64,000 nucleotides of DNA from the NCBI GenBank assembly GCA_013239625.1, contig MU054194.1, positions 5,880 to 69,879 on the forward strand, read 5' to 3'. Shown here piece after piece: positions 26,277-41,362 of the stretch. The notes under the pieces are model-generated. The model did no database searches. It had not been told where the DNA came from and worked only from the letters and a program-made list of their open reading frames with translations. Source of the DNA: Lama guanicoe. Taxonomy: Eukaryota. The position numbers and the translations under genes are program-made. How positions within the stretch are numbered: the stretch's first letter is position 1; each line of letters starts with the position of its first letter.

Positions 26277-29200
26277 CAATAGGAAAGATCAATGAAACGA
26301 GTACCTGGTTCTTTGTAAAGATAAACAAAATTGAAAGAAGAAAATCTTAAGCTAGATTCATCAATAAAAAGAGAAATCACCCAAATACACTTAGAAATGA
26401 AAGAGGAGAAGTTAAAACTGACAGCACTATAATACAAATGATCATAGATTACTACAATTATATACCAATAAGTTGACAACTGAGAAATGAATAATTAGCT
26501 AGGAATGTACTATATTCCAGGACTGAATCAGAATGAAATATAAAATATGAACTAATTACTTTTAATGAAATTGACTCAGTAATTAAAGAAAAAAACCTCC
26601 TAACAAAAAAAGTTCAAGATTAGACATCACAAGTGAATTCTACCAAACATTTAAAGAAAAGTTAGTACCAATCCTTCTCAAACTCTTACAGAATGTTGAA
26701 GAAAAATACTTTAAAACTTATTGTACAAAGCCTTCATTGCCCTTATACTAAAATTAGACAAAGAAACTACAAAAACAAATGTTACAGGGAAATATTCCTG
26801 GATAATCTGGATGCAAAAAATCTTAACAGATTATCAACAAACCCGACTTAACATTAAATTAGAAGGATCGAACACCATAATGAAGTGGGATTCATCCCAG
26901 GGATACAGGAATGGTTCATTCTCTGCAAATCAATCAAGGCGATACACCATATTAATAAAATGAAGGATTAAAATTATATGTTTCTTTTAATAGATGCAGA
27001 AAAAACTTTGAGGGAAATTCAATATCCATTCATAACAAAATCTCCATCTTTACTTTAGGTATAGAAGGAAAAGTGTTCAACACAATAAGGGTCATATATG
27101 ACAAGCCCAGAGCTATCACCATATTCAATGGTTAAAATCAGAAAAAAACTTCCTCTAAGATCACACACAAGACAAGGACACTCCCTCTTACTACCTTTAT
27201 TCAATATAATATTGGAAGTCCTATCCACAGCAGTCAGAACAGAAAAAAAGAAATAACAATAATACAAATTGGTAAGTAAATAGAATAACTGTCACCATAT
27301 ATAAATGACATGATACTATACATAGGATATGCTGAAGATTCCACCAAAAACTATTTGAACTAAGAAATGGATTCAATAAAGTTACAAGATGAAAAATAAA
27401 TATACTAAAATCTGTTGCATTTATACACACTAACAACAATCTATGATGGAGACAAATAAACAAATTTATTTACAATTGCATGAAAATGACAAAATATCTA
27501 GGAATAAACTTAACCAAGCAGGTGAAAGGCTTGTACTCAGCAAACTAAGAAACCTAGATTAAACAGACATTGAGGTTAATACAAATGAATAAAAAGTTAT
27601 TACATGCTCATTAGATGGAAAAACTAATATTGTTAAAATGTCTATGTCATGCAGAGAAATCTACAGATTTAATGTAATCTATATCAAAATACCAATGACA
27701 TTTTTCACAATGCTAGAACAAATAATTCTAAAATTTGTGTAGAACTACAAAAGATCCCTGAATAGAAAAACAATCTTAGGAATAAAGAACAGTGCCAGAG
27801 CTATTACATTCCATGATTTCTAACTAAACTACAGAACTCTACTAAACAAAGCAGCATCGTATTTTTTAATGACAATGACATGTAGACAAATGGAACAAAA
27901 TAGAGAGTCCAGAATAATATCGTGTTTATGTGGTCAATTAATCTATGACAAAAGAAGCTATAATATACAATGAGGGTAAGAAAACCTCTTCAATAAATAG
28001 TGTTGAGAAAGCTAGCCTGCCAAATTGAACGTAATGCCACTGGACTACTTTTTTTTTTTTACATCATACACACAAAAAACCATGCGAACTCAAGATGGAC
28101 TAAAGGCTTAAAGTTAAAACCTTAAATCATAAAAGTCATAGAAGAAAAAATAGTCAGTTCATTTCTTCACATCAGTTTTGGATATATATATATATATATC
28201 TCAGCTAAGGTGACACTAGGATAATCAAACAAATCAGACTACAACAATCTAAAAAGCTTTTGCACAGCAAAGAATACCAATATCACAAGAGAAAGACAGC
28301 ATTCTGAATAGGAAAAAATATTTGCAAAGTAATGTCTAGTGATGGATTAATATTCAAAATACATAAAGAATCCAATAACTCACTATAATAAATATCAATC
28401 TCTCTGACAAAAATTGACAGGAGATCTGAGAAGATATTTTTTTCAGATAATACATGCAGATGTCCAACAAACACATAAAAAGTTATTCTACATTACTAAT
28501 TAGTAGGAGAATACAATTTGAAAGTCATGACAGAATGCCTCTAATCAAAAAGGAAACAAGTAAAAACCACTGGTAAAATTGTGGAGAAAATAAAACATTT
28601 GTTCACTGTTTTTAGGAGAGTAAATTGGTCCAGGCACTGTGGTAAACAACATGAAATTTCCTCAAAATCTAAAAACAGAACTACTATTCTCTCCAGTTGT
28701 TCCACTTCTCAGTACTTACCTGAATAAAACAAAAATACTAATTAGAAAAGTTATATGCATCCTTATATTCACTGTAGCATTAATTACCATAGCCAAGATG
28801 TGGAAGCAACCTAAGTGTCCACAATAGTTGCATGGATAAAGAGGGTGAACTGTATATAGATATAGGTACAGACATAGATATAGACAGACATAGGGTCTAT
28901 GTATATATCCATGTATATATGGTGGAGAAGTAAGAGGTGAGGGAAATTGGAGTCATAAACTTCCTGTTGTAAAATCATGGGTATGAAATGTACAGTGAGG
29001 AGATTATAATTAATAATTATGTAATATATTTATATGGTGACAAATGGTAAGTACACTTATCATGGTGATCATTTTGAAAAACAAAAATATTAAATTACTT
29101 TTCTTTTTAACATGAATGAACATAGTGTTCTTGATCAATTATATTTCAAAAATAAAAATTTCATGGAAAAACAGATCTGATGTGCAGTTACCAGATGTGG

Positions 29201-29545
29201 AGTTTGAAAGGAGGAGGCATTGGATAAAGGCAGTCAAAAGTTACAAACTTCTTGTTATAAGATAAATAACTACCCAGGGATGTCATGTACAATATAATGA
29301 ATATAATTAATACTGTCATATATTATATATGAAAGTTATTAAAAGAGTTAATTTAAAGAGATCTCATCACATGGAAAAATATTTTTCAATTTGTTTAATT
29401 TTGTAACTATATGAAATGACGGATGTTCACCAAATATATTGTGGTAATCACTTCATAATATGTGTAAGATAAATTAGTTTGTTGTATACCTTCAAATTAT
29501 AGAGTGTTATATGTCAATTATATCTCAATAAAACTGGAAGAAAAG

Positions 29546-30347
29546 AAAGGATCAAAAGTAAAACTGAGCTGGAGGCAAAATCAATAAAATTGAATATAGA
29601 TTAATAGAGGTTATACATTCTCAAGAACAGAAGAAAAAAAGGAAATTCAACAAAACCTCAGAGAAATTTGGAATACCTTTAAACACAACACACACATAAT
29701 AGGAGTGCCAGGAGAAAAGGAGAGCAGAAAAAATATTTGGAAAAATTATACTAAAAACTTTCCTAAATAATGAAAATTATCAATCTGTAGAATCAAGAAG
29801 TTCAGCTAACTCAAAGTATAAAATATAAAGAGATCTGCATCCCTGTATCATTACAAAATATAATCAACAATATAAAAGCCTTAAAGTGGGCATAGAGGGA
29901 ACAAATCTCAACATAATAAAGGCCACATATGACAAACCCACATTTAACATCATGCTAAACAGTGAAAACAAGCATTTACTTTAAGACCAAACTACAGTTT
30001 GTTTATTATAGTCCCAATCCTAGTGACTGAAGAGACTTTCTCCATGTTATATTCTAGCCTCTTTATCATAGATTAATTGACCAATTGTGCATCAATTTAC
30101 TTCTGGGCTCTCTATTCTGTTCTATTGATCTGTATATCTGTTTTGTACCATACTACAATCTTCTGATTACTGTAGCTTTGTAGTATTATCTGAAGTCTAG
30201 GAGGGTGGTGCCTCCAGCTTTATTCTTTTTCCTTAGGTTTGCATGGCAGTTCTGGCTCTTTTCTGGTTTCATAAACTTTCTGAATTATTTGTTCTAGTTT
30301 TTTGAAAATGTCATGGGTATTTTAATAGGGATCACATTAAACCTATA
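29546..30347. mobile_element. Patchwork of L1 fragments: ORF1 (+, ~29546-29870), ORF2 (+, ~29880-29990), ORF2 (-, ~30025-30347)
   Basis: 'aaggccacatatgacaaacccaca' on the plus strand; 'ctgtagctttgtagtattatctgaagtc' is the reverse complement of ORF2 LPDF..YY. Confidence 0.75.
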
Positions 30348-33300
30348 ATGGAAGTTTGGCTAAGATGTTGGACACATACCTCATCTTCTACCATGAATAC
30401 AACAAAAACTACATCTACATATAGAACAATTAACACAGAATACCTACTGAACTTTGGCAGAATATCTCTTACAAAAGAAATACAAGGGGAATCCTCACAA
30501 AATCTGGTGGGAGGAAAAAAAGGAAAAGGAAGTTCTTCTGGGGCCTGCCCCGTGGGGAGGGAGCAGCAATGGAAAAAATGTGCTCTCACCCTGGGAAGCC
30601 CACTCTCCACTGGGGAGGACAGCTGAGACAAAAAGTGCCCATCAGAGGCTTAGAGAAGAAAGCAGCAGCCACTTGGCAGACAACACTGAGAGAAACTGAC
30701 ACAGAGGATCCTCAAAATCCCTAGCTTGGGACACAAGCTGGAGTAGTCATGCAGAAGGAGGGGGCTGGAGCTTGGTCTTCTGCAGATAAGCCCAGGAAGA
30801 GGACTAGGGCTGATTGCACAGAGGCAGCTTCAAGGGATTGGAGTGTGATGTGGGTTGGGGCTGAGAGTGTTTACAGAACAGCCTGATCCCACACAGTGAG
30901 CACTACCGATGGTGTGTGGGAGAGGAGAAACACAATGCAGCCTGACCATAGCACCCATTTCCACTAGCCCAGAGTGTGTTGCTCAGTGCCATTTTTGGCA
31001 TGCTTTCTTGGGAACAGAGGGGCACAGTTCAGACACAGCAGTCTTCTTGACTTGCTCTGGATGGGCACAATCACTGGTACCAGACTCCAGGGTAGAGGAG
31101 GGCCTCAAACCTGAATCAATTCCCAGGGTTTCTGCAGTTTCCCAGACAGGACTGTGATTTGATTCAAACCCCGGTTGATGATTTGGATTAGTTCCCCTGG
31201 TGCCTGTGTAGAATAAGACCTCTGAAAGAACTGAGCTGGGTTCTTGTGTGTGGCAAGGGTGGACCCACTGTTAATAATGGGCCTGAATCCCACATGCAGA
31301 CACAGGGCTAATGTCTGGTCTGACCCTGTTGTAAACTGAGGTGTATGACTGCAAATGCACTACAGCAGGTCATAGTGCCTGACATAAGTGGATCTGCACT
31401 GGTGGCTCTGTGGGTACAGAACCTGAGGGACACCAAGGCAGGTAGCCAACATTCCCATGGCAGAGTAGGGGACATGGGCAGAGACAACAATGTGCATTTT
31501 TAAGCTCCCACAAGGGGTGAGAGATGACAGCACAAAGGGCACTTTCTGGTGGACATTTCCCATAGAGAAATACTAAGCAGCTCCTTTTCCAGCAGAAGCA
31601 CACCAGTCCCACCTACCACACACCACAGCTTAGAAAAACGTATGTAAGCCTCTATTCCAACAACAGGAGAGTAGACCCAGACTTTGTCAGGGCTGTAATA
31701 ACCACAGAGCAAAGAGGATGCCCTGCTCAAAAATCATTGCAGGCTCTGGTCAACACAAAACCAATTACATCTACATAGAATAAAGATGTGGCAAACATCC
31801 ACACAAAAAATAAGCCCTCACAACAAAAATACTAAATGCACATAGTCTACACAGGGACACTCCCACATTAAAAAAAAACTAAGACCACAGTAGATAATTG
31901 TTACTCCTAAATTCATAGTGTCAGATAAATATAAGTAAAATGGAAAAGCACAGGAATCTTTCCCAAATGAAAGAACAAGAGAAGTCCCCTGAACAGATGA
32001 ACAATGAAATAGATCTCAACAGTCTACTAAATCCTAAGTTTCAAAAGGGTGTGATAAAAGCACTAAAGGGAATAAAAATTTCTATCAATAAAAATACAGA
32101 ATTCTTGAAAAAAGAAATAGAAACTATAAAGAGGAGCCAATTAAAAGCATAAAACTCAACTGCTGAGATAAAAGCCAGGCTAAAGTTAGTCAATAGCAGG
32201 CTAACTATTGTAGAAGAACAAATAAATGATTTAAAAGACAAGATAGTGAAAATCATCCAATCAGAACATCAGACAGAATAGCAAATAAAAACCTATGAAA
32301 GCAATATAAGGGACATATGGAATAATATAAAGCACGAAAATCTATTCATAATAGGAGTACCAGAAGGAGAAGAAAGACAAAATGGGATCAAAAATATATT
32401 TCGAGAAATCATGACTGAAAATTTCCCAAACCTCCAGAATGAAACAGATATCAAAATACAAGAAGCACAGTGGGTCCCAAACAGGATGAAACCAAACAGA
32501 CTAACACCAAGACATATTATAATTAAGATGGTCACATTACAGATCAAGAAGATGTTCTAAAAGTAGTAAAAGAAAAAAGAGATTTGTTACAAGGGATCCT
32601 CATAAGACTATCTGCTGATTTCTCTACAGAAACATTGCAGGCCAGAAAGGACTGGCAAGATATAGTCAAAGTCCTGAAAGGGAAAAATGTGCAACTTAGG
32701 ATACTTTACCCAGCAAGACTATACTTTAGAACAGAAGGAGAGATCAATATTTCTCAGACAAGAAAAAGCTAAAAGAATATAGTAATACTAAACCTATCCT
32801 AAAATAAATATTTAAAGTTCTTCTTTAAATAGAAAACAAACAAGAATCTATAAAAAAAACTATAATTAGAAATGTTATAACTACAATGCACAGCAAGAGA
32901 ATAAACATGAAGTGGTAAAAGAGGACACCAAAATCATAAAACATGAAAGATGGGAACAAGAAAATGGAGATTTCTTTTTCATATTTTAGAGAATGTGTTT
33001 GCACTTAAATTATTACCAGTCTAAAGCAAATAGGTATAGTAATGGTTTAACATACTTGAAAAATTGGGTGACCATAAATCAAAGCATAAAATAGAGTCAC
33101 AAACATGAAAAATAAATTGAATTAACCTAATAAAAAAGAAAATTATCAAACTACACAAAGAAAAAGAAAGGGACAAAGAATTAAAAAGTCAGTTTTAAAA
33201 CAAAGTTTAAAATACAAAGTTTAAAACACACATCTATCAACAATTACTGTAAATGTCAATGAACTAAATACCCCAATCAAAAGATAGAGTGGGAGACTGG

Positions 33301-34049
33301 ATAACAGAACAAAAGCCTAGAATATGATGCCTACAAGATAACCACTTTTGGGTGAAGGGTGCACATAGATTGAAAGTGAGAGGATGGAAAAAATATATTT
33401 CGTGGAAATGGAAAAAACAAGAAAGAAGGGGTAGAAATACTCATACCAGGCAAAGTAGACTTTAAACTAAAGGCCATAAAGAAGGACACTCTATAAGGAT
33501 AATAGGAGCAATACAAGAAGAGGATATTACTCTCATTAACATGTATGCACACCCAATACAGGAGCACCTAAATATATAAAGCAAATACAAAGAGACATAA
33601 AGGGAGAAATTGATGGGAATGTTACTGGATAGATCTTCCATACAGGAAATCCATGAGGCAATGGAGACACCAAATTACCCAATGTAAGAGTTAGACTTGG
33701 TTGATATTTTCAGGAAATTACATCCCCCTCCAAGAAAAAAAAAACAATATACATTTTTTTCAAGTGTACAGGAAACATTGTCTTGGGTAGACAACATATG
33801 CAGACACAAAAGAAGACTGAACAAATTTAAGAGGATAGAAATTATGTGAAGCATCTTTTCTGACCACAATGACATGAAATCAAAAATTAACCACAGGGGA
33901 AAAAACAAAAACAACAACAACAACAAAACAAAAACAAAAACAAAAAACAAAAAACAAAAATACAAGAAAAAATGACTGCATGGGAACTAAAAAAACATGC
34001 TACTAAGAAACCAATGGCTTAATGATGAAATCAAAAAGAAAAAAATTCT

Positions 34050-34205
34050 TTTGTATAGCACAGGGAACTATGTTCAATATCTTGTAATAACATTTAATGG
34101 AAAAATATATGAAAAAAACATATGTATGTATACAAATGAATGGGACATTTTGCTGTACACCAGAGATTGACACATTGAAAATGACTGTACTTCAATTAAA
34201 AAAAT
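34050..34205 (+). mobile_element. Short L1 3'-end fragment inserted in ORF2 of element A
   Basis: 'tgtatagcacagggaactat...gactgtacttcaattaaaaaaa'; the host ORF2 resumes at 'aaattaaaaaataccttgagacaaatg'. Confidence 0.85.
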
Positions 34206-37200
34206 AAATTAAAAAATACCTTGAGACAAATGAAAATGAAAACCCAACCACACAAAATTTTTGGGATGCAGCAAAATCAGTCCTAAAGGGAAGTCTGTAG
34301 AGATACAAACCTTTCTCAACAAAACAAGAGCAATCTTAAAAAAAAGAAAAAAATTAACTAACCTACCACCTAAAATTATTTAAAAAAGAAGAACAAACAA
34401 AACCTAAAGTCAGTAGAAGGAAAGAAATTGTATAATTCAGGGAAGAAATAAATAAAATAGAGATTAAAAAACAAAACAATAGAAAATATAAATCAAACAA
34501 AGAGCTGTTGTGTTTTTTTTAAATGGTAAACAATCAACACACATCTGGCCAGGCTAAGCAAGGAGAAAAGAGAGAAATGGCAGAAGTGAACAAAATAAGA
34601 AATGAAAATGGAGGGAAGTTATTTCAAGTTGGTGGAATAGATGGAGGTGGAGCTCCCTTCCTCTTACAGTCACATTAAGACAATTACTAACTGCAGAAAA
34701 ACTAGTGATAAAAAAGACTGGAAACTACTAGAAAGGATCTTCTGTAGCTAAAAAACTTAAAGAAGAAACCAAGAGGAGACTGGCAAGGGGACAGACTCAT
34801 GATATAATCTGGTCCCATAACCCCCAGGTGGGTGACCCAAAACTGGAGAATAATTATATTGCAAAGGTTCTCCCATGGGAATGAGAGTTCTGAGTCCCAT
34901 ATCAGTCTCCCCAGCCCAGGGGACTGGCACCGAGGAGAGGAGTCCCCAGAGTGTTGGGCTTTGAAGGCTAGCAGGGCTTGATCCCAGGGTCTCTGCAAGC
35001 CTGGGAGAAACAGAGACGGTATGCTTAAGGGTCACACAGAAAATCTCATGCTTGCTGAAATCAATGACAAAAACAGTAATTTCATAGGAACCTGGGCCAG
35101 ACTTACCCACTGGGCTTTGTGGTCTCCTGGGGAGACATGGGGTGGCTATGGTTAACCCTGGTGGCATGGATATAGTGATGGACAGTCAGGGATGTTCATT
35201 TGAATGAAATCTCCTTCTTGGATGCTTGGGAATCTGTTTGGACATTATCACATTAGATTTGGCTTCATCCAACAGCATTTAGCCTCCATAGTTAGGAATT
35301 CTCACACCAAACAACTAAATGGGGACATAGCCACACCCATCAAGAGATACTGCCTAAGGGTAACCCCAAAGCTGACTCTAGACATGCCCCTAGGCACATC
35401 CCAGCTCACCAGAAGGCCAAGAACCAACTTCACCCACCAGTGGGAAGGCACAAACCTGTCCCACCAGGAAGCCTGCACCAGCTCCTAGAGCAGCCTCAAC
35501 ACCAGTGGGCAGATATCAGAAGGCAGAAAACATTGATCTGGCTACCTGCAAAACAAGTCCAAAAACATAGGACACAATCTACCTTGGGAACAGCTGGCCA
35601 TAGGCCCCTGGGTGATGAGAGAGGAGTATATTGCAGGGATACATAGGACATGTCCTATAGAGATCCACTTCTCCAAAGTTGAGAAATATAACTAACCTAC
35701 ATAAATATACAAATAAAAATTTAGACAAAATGAGGAAGCAGAGAAATATCTTCCAGGAAAAGGCACAACATAAAATCCCAGAAGAAGAAATAAGAGATGA
35801 GATAAGCAATCAACCCAAGAAAGAGTTCAGATTAATGACTGTGAAGATAATCAGAGTTTGGGAGGAGAATAGATGCACAGAACAAAGTTTATAGTAAAGA
35901 GGTAGAAAGTGTAAAGAACAACCAGAGCTGAAGTATAAAATTACTAAAATGAATGATACACTAGAATGAGGCAACAATAGAAGAAATGAGCCAGAAGAAT
36001 GGATCAGTGAGCTGGAAGTCAGAGTAGTGAAAATTACTGCTGCAGAACAGAAAAATAAAAAAGAAAAACGTATGAAAATAAAAAAGAGTTTAAGAGACCT
36101 CTGGGACAATATAAAATACACTAACATTTGACTTATAGGGGTTCCAGAAGAGAAGAAAGAGAGAAAGGGCCCAAGAAAATATCTGAAGAAATAATAGCTA
36201 ACAACTTCCCTAACCTGGGTAAGGATATAATCATCCATGTCCAGGAAGAGCAGAGTCCCATACAGGATTAACCCAAAGAAAATCACAACAGTACATATTA
36301 TAATTAAGATGTCATAAATTAAAGATAAAGAGAGACTATTCAAAGCATCAGGGGAAAAACAGCAAATAACATACACAGAACTCCCATAAGACTTAGATGA
36401 TTTTTCATCAAAAACTATGCAGGCCAGAAAGGAGTGCCATGATACACTTAAATGATGAAAAGGAAAAACCTACAACTAAGATAACTAAGAGTAATCTATC
36501 CAGCAAGGCTCCTGTTCAGATTTGATGGAAAAATCAAAAGTTTATGGACAAACAAATGTTAAAAGAATTCAGCACCATGAATCCAACTTTACAACCAATG
36601 CTATATAGGAACTTCTCTACATGGAAAAGTGAATACCACAACTAGAAGTAAGAAAATTACAAAATGGATAAACTCACTGGTAAAGTCAAACATACAGTAA
36701 AGGTAGGAAATAATTCTCACACAAACTGGTAGAAAGGGTAAAATACATTAGTAGTAAAATCATCACGTTTCCACAACAAGCAGTTAAGAGATACAGAAAA
36801 CAAAGGTAAAATGGGACATCAAAAACAGTAATCATGAGGGGAAGAGAGTACAAATTCAGAGTATTTAAAATATGTTCGAAAATAAGAAATCAGCAACTTA
36901 AAGTAATTGTGTATGTACAGAATGTTATACCAACTCTATGGTAACCACAAACCAAAATCTATAATACACATACACAAAAAACAGAAAAAAGAATATAAAT
37001 ATAACACTAAAGAGAGTCACCTAATCACAAGAGAAGAGAACAAAAGAAGAAAAGGAACAGAAGAATACCTACGAAAACAAATCCAAAATAATTAACAAAA
37101 GGCAATGAGAATATATATTGATAGTTACCTTAAAAGTAGACTGACTAAATGCTCCAACCAAAAGACACAGACTGAATGAATGGATACAAAAACAAGACCC

Positions 37201-39072
37201 AAAATTTGTTCCCTACAAGAGACTCACTTCAGCTCTAGAGACAAATACAGACTGAAAATGAGAAGACAGAAAAAAGATATTCAACACAAATTGAAACCAA
37301 AAAAGAAAAAAAGCGGGCAGGAGGCCAAGATGGCAGAGGAGAAGGACGCTCGTCGCTCACCCTCTCCCACAAATGCACCAAAACTCATATCCACAGACCC
37401 ACTCAGACAACCAGAGCACCTGCGGAACTCCAACAAAACATCGTTCTCTTCAAAAGATAGAGACGCCAAAACTCTGGTAGGAGAAAAGGAAAAAAGAAAG
37501 AAGAAAAGGCAAAACAGTGTGGGACGTGTCCCGCAGGGAGGGAGCAGTAAAGGAGGACTGCCACTCATTCCCTGAGTCACCCCACTCCAACCGAGAGGCC
37601 AGCAGGACAGAGGGGGAGTCTCTGAGGCTCGGATCTATACAGAGCAGCCCTTGACTGACAGAACTAAGTTAAATGGGCACAGAGGGTCCTGGGGTCACCC
37701 AGCCTGAGACCCAAGGTGGCAGCTGGGGGCAGGGCCAGGCTGTCTGAGCCGGGCGGAGGACAGGGATGGCTGCACTGAGGCAGCCCCGGGGGACTGCAGG
37801 GGGCTGCACGCTGTGGCTGTGAGTGTACAGGGCAGAACAACCTGGGCTGATGTGCCCTGGTGGGAAGGGTGCATACTCCCATCTCTGAAAACCCACAGAA
37901 AGTTTTCAGATGAAGAGAGGCAGGGCTCAGGCACAGCTGCCATATCCTCCAGTGCTTAGCACCCAGGTGGGGGAAGGGACAATACCTGCAACCGCACCTA
38001 AGGATTTAGCAGCCTCAAAGGCCAAATGAGACTTGTCTACAGCCCAAGGCAGATAGGATCCTTCTGTCCTGGGCCCTGAGAGAACTTGCTCCGCCAAGAC
38101 AAACAAGGAGCTGGGTTTTGACTCAGAGCAGGGACAGGGTTGTTTCTTGGTCTTCCCTGAGCCCACCTGCACAGTGCCAACCTGAGGAAGAGCACACAGC
38201 ATCACAGAGCTCTGGAGCGACCGAAGCCGGGAGAGGGGGGCTGAACCCCCACCTTTTGGGCAGGAATGCAGCCCCTGACCGTGGTGCTGGGAGGGGACGC
38301 CACCCGCCCTCCTACCTGGCCAGTCTGTAACATCTGACTGCGGCATCAGGAGGGGCAGTGACACATCCACCCACAACGAAGGAGAGCTGCATCTGACCCA
38401 ATGTTGGGAGGAGGCACGATCTGCTTGCCGACAGGCACTGGGAACAGCACAGAAGAGGGCGCCAATGGAGGGCCTCTGGAAACAGCAAGCTGAGCTTCCA
38501 AAACAAGATGAAGATAGAAAGACTTCACATTAAAAGCACACAGTCTTCAGGAGAACACCGACACCCCCTTTTTTTTTCTTCTTTTTTTGTTTTTTTCTCT
38601 TTTTTTAATCTGTTTTTACCTGTTCTAATTTCTATTACCCTTTTAATTTTTATTTCTTAAACAGTTATTTATAACCCCAATTTTAATACCATAACATTTT
38701 TTAAAAATATTTTTATTAGTATTATTTTTAAAGATCCACACCATTTTATTTTTGTTTTTATTTCTCTTGGTTTTGATGTCCTGTTATTGATTATATTCAG
38801 GTTTCAAATACATCTTTTCTTCTTCTCTTCTTTTTTTAAAGGATTTTGAAGGACATTTCAACCCGATTGTATTCTGCTTCAACTTGCTCTTCTATTATTC
38901 ATTATAAACTGTTTTCAAACCTTTTTTCTCCCTTCTTTTAAAATGCTTTCTCTCTCTCTTTTTTTTTTATTTTCTTCCTAAATCTTTTTCCTACAAAGGC
39001 ATTAGATAGATAAAAATCCTTAAGGACCACAATAGATAACTGATACTCCATAAACCACAGTGCTAGAGAGGT

Positions 39073-39974
39073 ATGAGCAAGACAAAGAAGCAGAGAAACC
39101 ATTCCCAATTAAAAGAACAAGAGAAATCCCCTGAAAGAACAATCAATGAAATAGACATCAATAGCTTACTAGATCAAGAAGTCCAAAAAGGAGTGATCAA
39201 AGTATTGAAGGAAGTAAAAGAGATAGTGTTTAAAGATATAAAATATGTCAAAAATGAAATCAAAGCTATAAAGAAGAGCCAAGTAGAATTGGTAAACTCA
39301 TTGGCTGAGATGAGAATGGATCTAAAGACTGTACAAAGCCGACTAGATAATGCAGAGTAACGAATTAGTGACCTAGAAGACAGGACAACAGAAAGCACAC
39401 AATCAGAAAACTGCAAGATAAACAAATAAAAACAAATGAAAGCGACATAAGGGACCTATGGAATAATATAAATCATGCCAATCTTCGCATAATAGGGGTC
39501 TCAGAAGGGGAAGAAAGATCAAAGGGGATTGAAATGGTTTTTGAAGAAATCATGATTGAAAATGTCCCAAAATTAAAGAAGGAATCAGATATCCAAGTAC
39601 AGGCAGTTCAAAGGGTCCCAAACAGGAAGAACCCAAACAGACCCACACCAAGACATATCATAATCAAGATGGCGAGAATCAAGGATAAATAAATGATTCT
39701 AAAGGCAGCAAGAGGAAGACAAACAGTGAGTTACAAGGGAACCCCCATAAGGTTCTCAGCTGATTTCACTACGCAAACACAACAGGCCAGAAGGGAGTGG
39801 CAAGATATATTCAAAGTCCTGAATGAAAAAAAGATGCAGCCTAGGATACTCTATCCAGCAAGGCTATCCTTTAGTATAGAAGAAGACATAAAGAATTTTA
39901 CAGACAAGAAAAAGCTACAAGAGTTTTACAACACTAAATACATGCTAAAAGGAATATTGAAAGGTCTACTCTAA
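39073..39974 (+). pseudogene. L1 ORF1p of element C, disrupted
   Basis: MSKTKKQRNHSQLKEQEKSPE (39073-39360) and YKGTPIRFSADF...RILYPARLSF...LKGLL* (39693-39974), with stops between. Confidence 0.92.
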
Positions 39975-40161
39975 ATAGAACAGTAGCAGGATGCTACACA
40001 AATGAGACACTCAGAACTGGAAAGGTGAAAACTCATGAATTACAACTAAAATAAATACAAAACTATAAAAGAAGACATACAAATCAATAAGAGTGGGAGA
40101 GGGAGGCAGGAAAATATAGAGAATTTTTTTCCTTTCTTTTCTAAATTTTTTGTTCTTTGTA

Positions 40162-41362
40162 GGGTGGGTTTGAGATCATGTTACTATCAGTTTAATAAAA
40201 CAGTAATAGTGATGGGCTAATAACTTACTAAAAAGGGTAACCACAAGCCAAAAACTTACAAAGGGAGTCACAAAAACTAGATAAAATCCATGATAATACA
40301 AAGGAAAATTACCAAACCACAAAAGGAAGAAGAAAGGAACAAAGAAGAAATACCAAATCAACTGCAAAGAGAAGTTCAAAATGGCAAAAAACACACATCT
40401 ATCATTAATTACTATAAATGTTAATGGAATAAAATTCTCCAGTCAAAAGACATGGAGTGGCAGACTGGATAATAAAGCAAGAACCTTCAATATGCTGCAT
40501 ACAAGAGACCCACTTTAGGGAGAAGGACACATATAGATTGAGAGTGAAAGGACGGAAAAGGATATTCCATGCAAATGGAAAAGCCAAAAAAGACGTGTTG
40601 CAGTACTGACTTCAGACAAAGTAGACTTTAAAACAAAGGTCATAAAAAAAGATAAAGAAGGACATTTTATAGTGATTAAAGGAGTAATACAAGATGAGGA
40701 TATTACACTCATTAATATATATGCACCCAATATAGGAGTACCTAAGTATATAAAAAAATTAAGGTGGGTTTGAGATCATGTTACTATCAGTTTAATAAAA
40801 ACAGTAATAGTAATGGGCTAATAACTTACTAAAAAGGGTAACCACAAGCCAAAAACTTACAAAGGGAGTCACAAAAACTAGATAAAATCCATGATAATAC
40901 AAAGGAAAATTACCAAACCACAAAAGGAAGAAGAAAGGAACAAAGAAGAAATACCAAATCAACTGCAAAGAGAAGTTCAAAATGGCAAAAAACACACATC
41001 TATCATTAATTACTATAAATGTTAATGGAATAAAATTCTCCAGTCAAAAGACATGGAGTGGCAGACTGGATAATAAAGCAAGAACCTTCAATATGCTGCA
41101 TACAAGAGACCCACTTTAGGGAGAAGGACACATATAGATTGAGAGTGAAAGGACGGAAAAGGATATTCCATGCAAATGAAAAAGCCAAAAAAGACGTGTT
41201 GCAGTACTGACTTCAGACAAAGTAGACTTTAAAACAAAGGTCATAAAAAAAGATAAAGAAGGACATTTTATAGTGATTAAAGGAGTAATACAAGATGAGG
41301 ATATTACACTCATTAATATATATGCACCCAATATAGGAGTACCTAAGTATATAAAAAAATTA
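40162..41362 (+). repeat. Direct tandem duplication, 600/601-bp unit
   Basis: 40162-40761 versus 40762-41362; by eye one A-run indel, two internal substitutions and a differing first base. Confidence 0.97.

Larger units (their letters stand above)
17600..29545 (+). mobile_element. Older LINE-1 (ORF1 end to 3' UTR), interrupted at 18386/25455 by a young L1
   Basis: ORF2 starts near 18126 ('atggaaataagaacctac'). The endonuclease sequence resumes at 25455 (FSSAHGTFSRIDHMLGHK, 25687-25899). 3' end 'tatctcaataaaactggaagaaaa' at 29521-29545. Confidence 0.88.

Noticed and set aside
28920..29545. Two successive 3'-UTR-like blocks
   Set aside because: Highly diverged and without a TSD; most likely the normal composite 3' UTR of that older subfamily
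35810..36376. 188-aa hydrophobic ORF and many similar 'membrane-like' ORFs
   Set aside because: Antisense frames of A-rich L1 coding sequence; F/L/S/I bias is compositional
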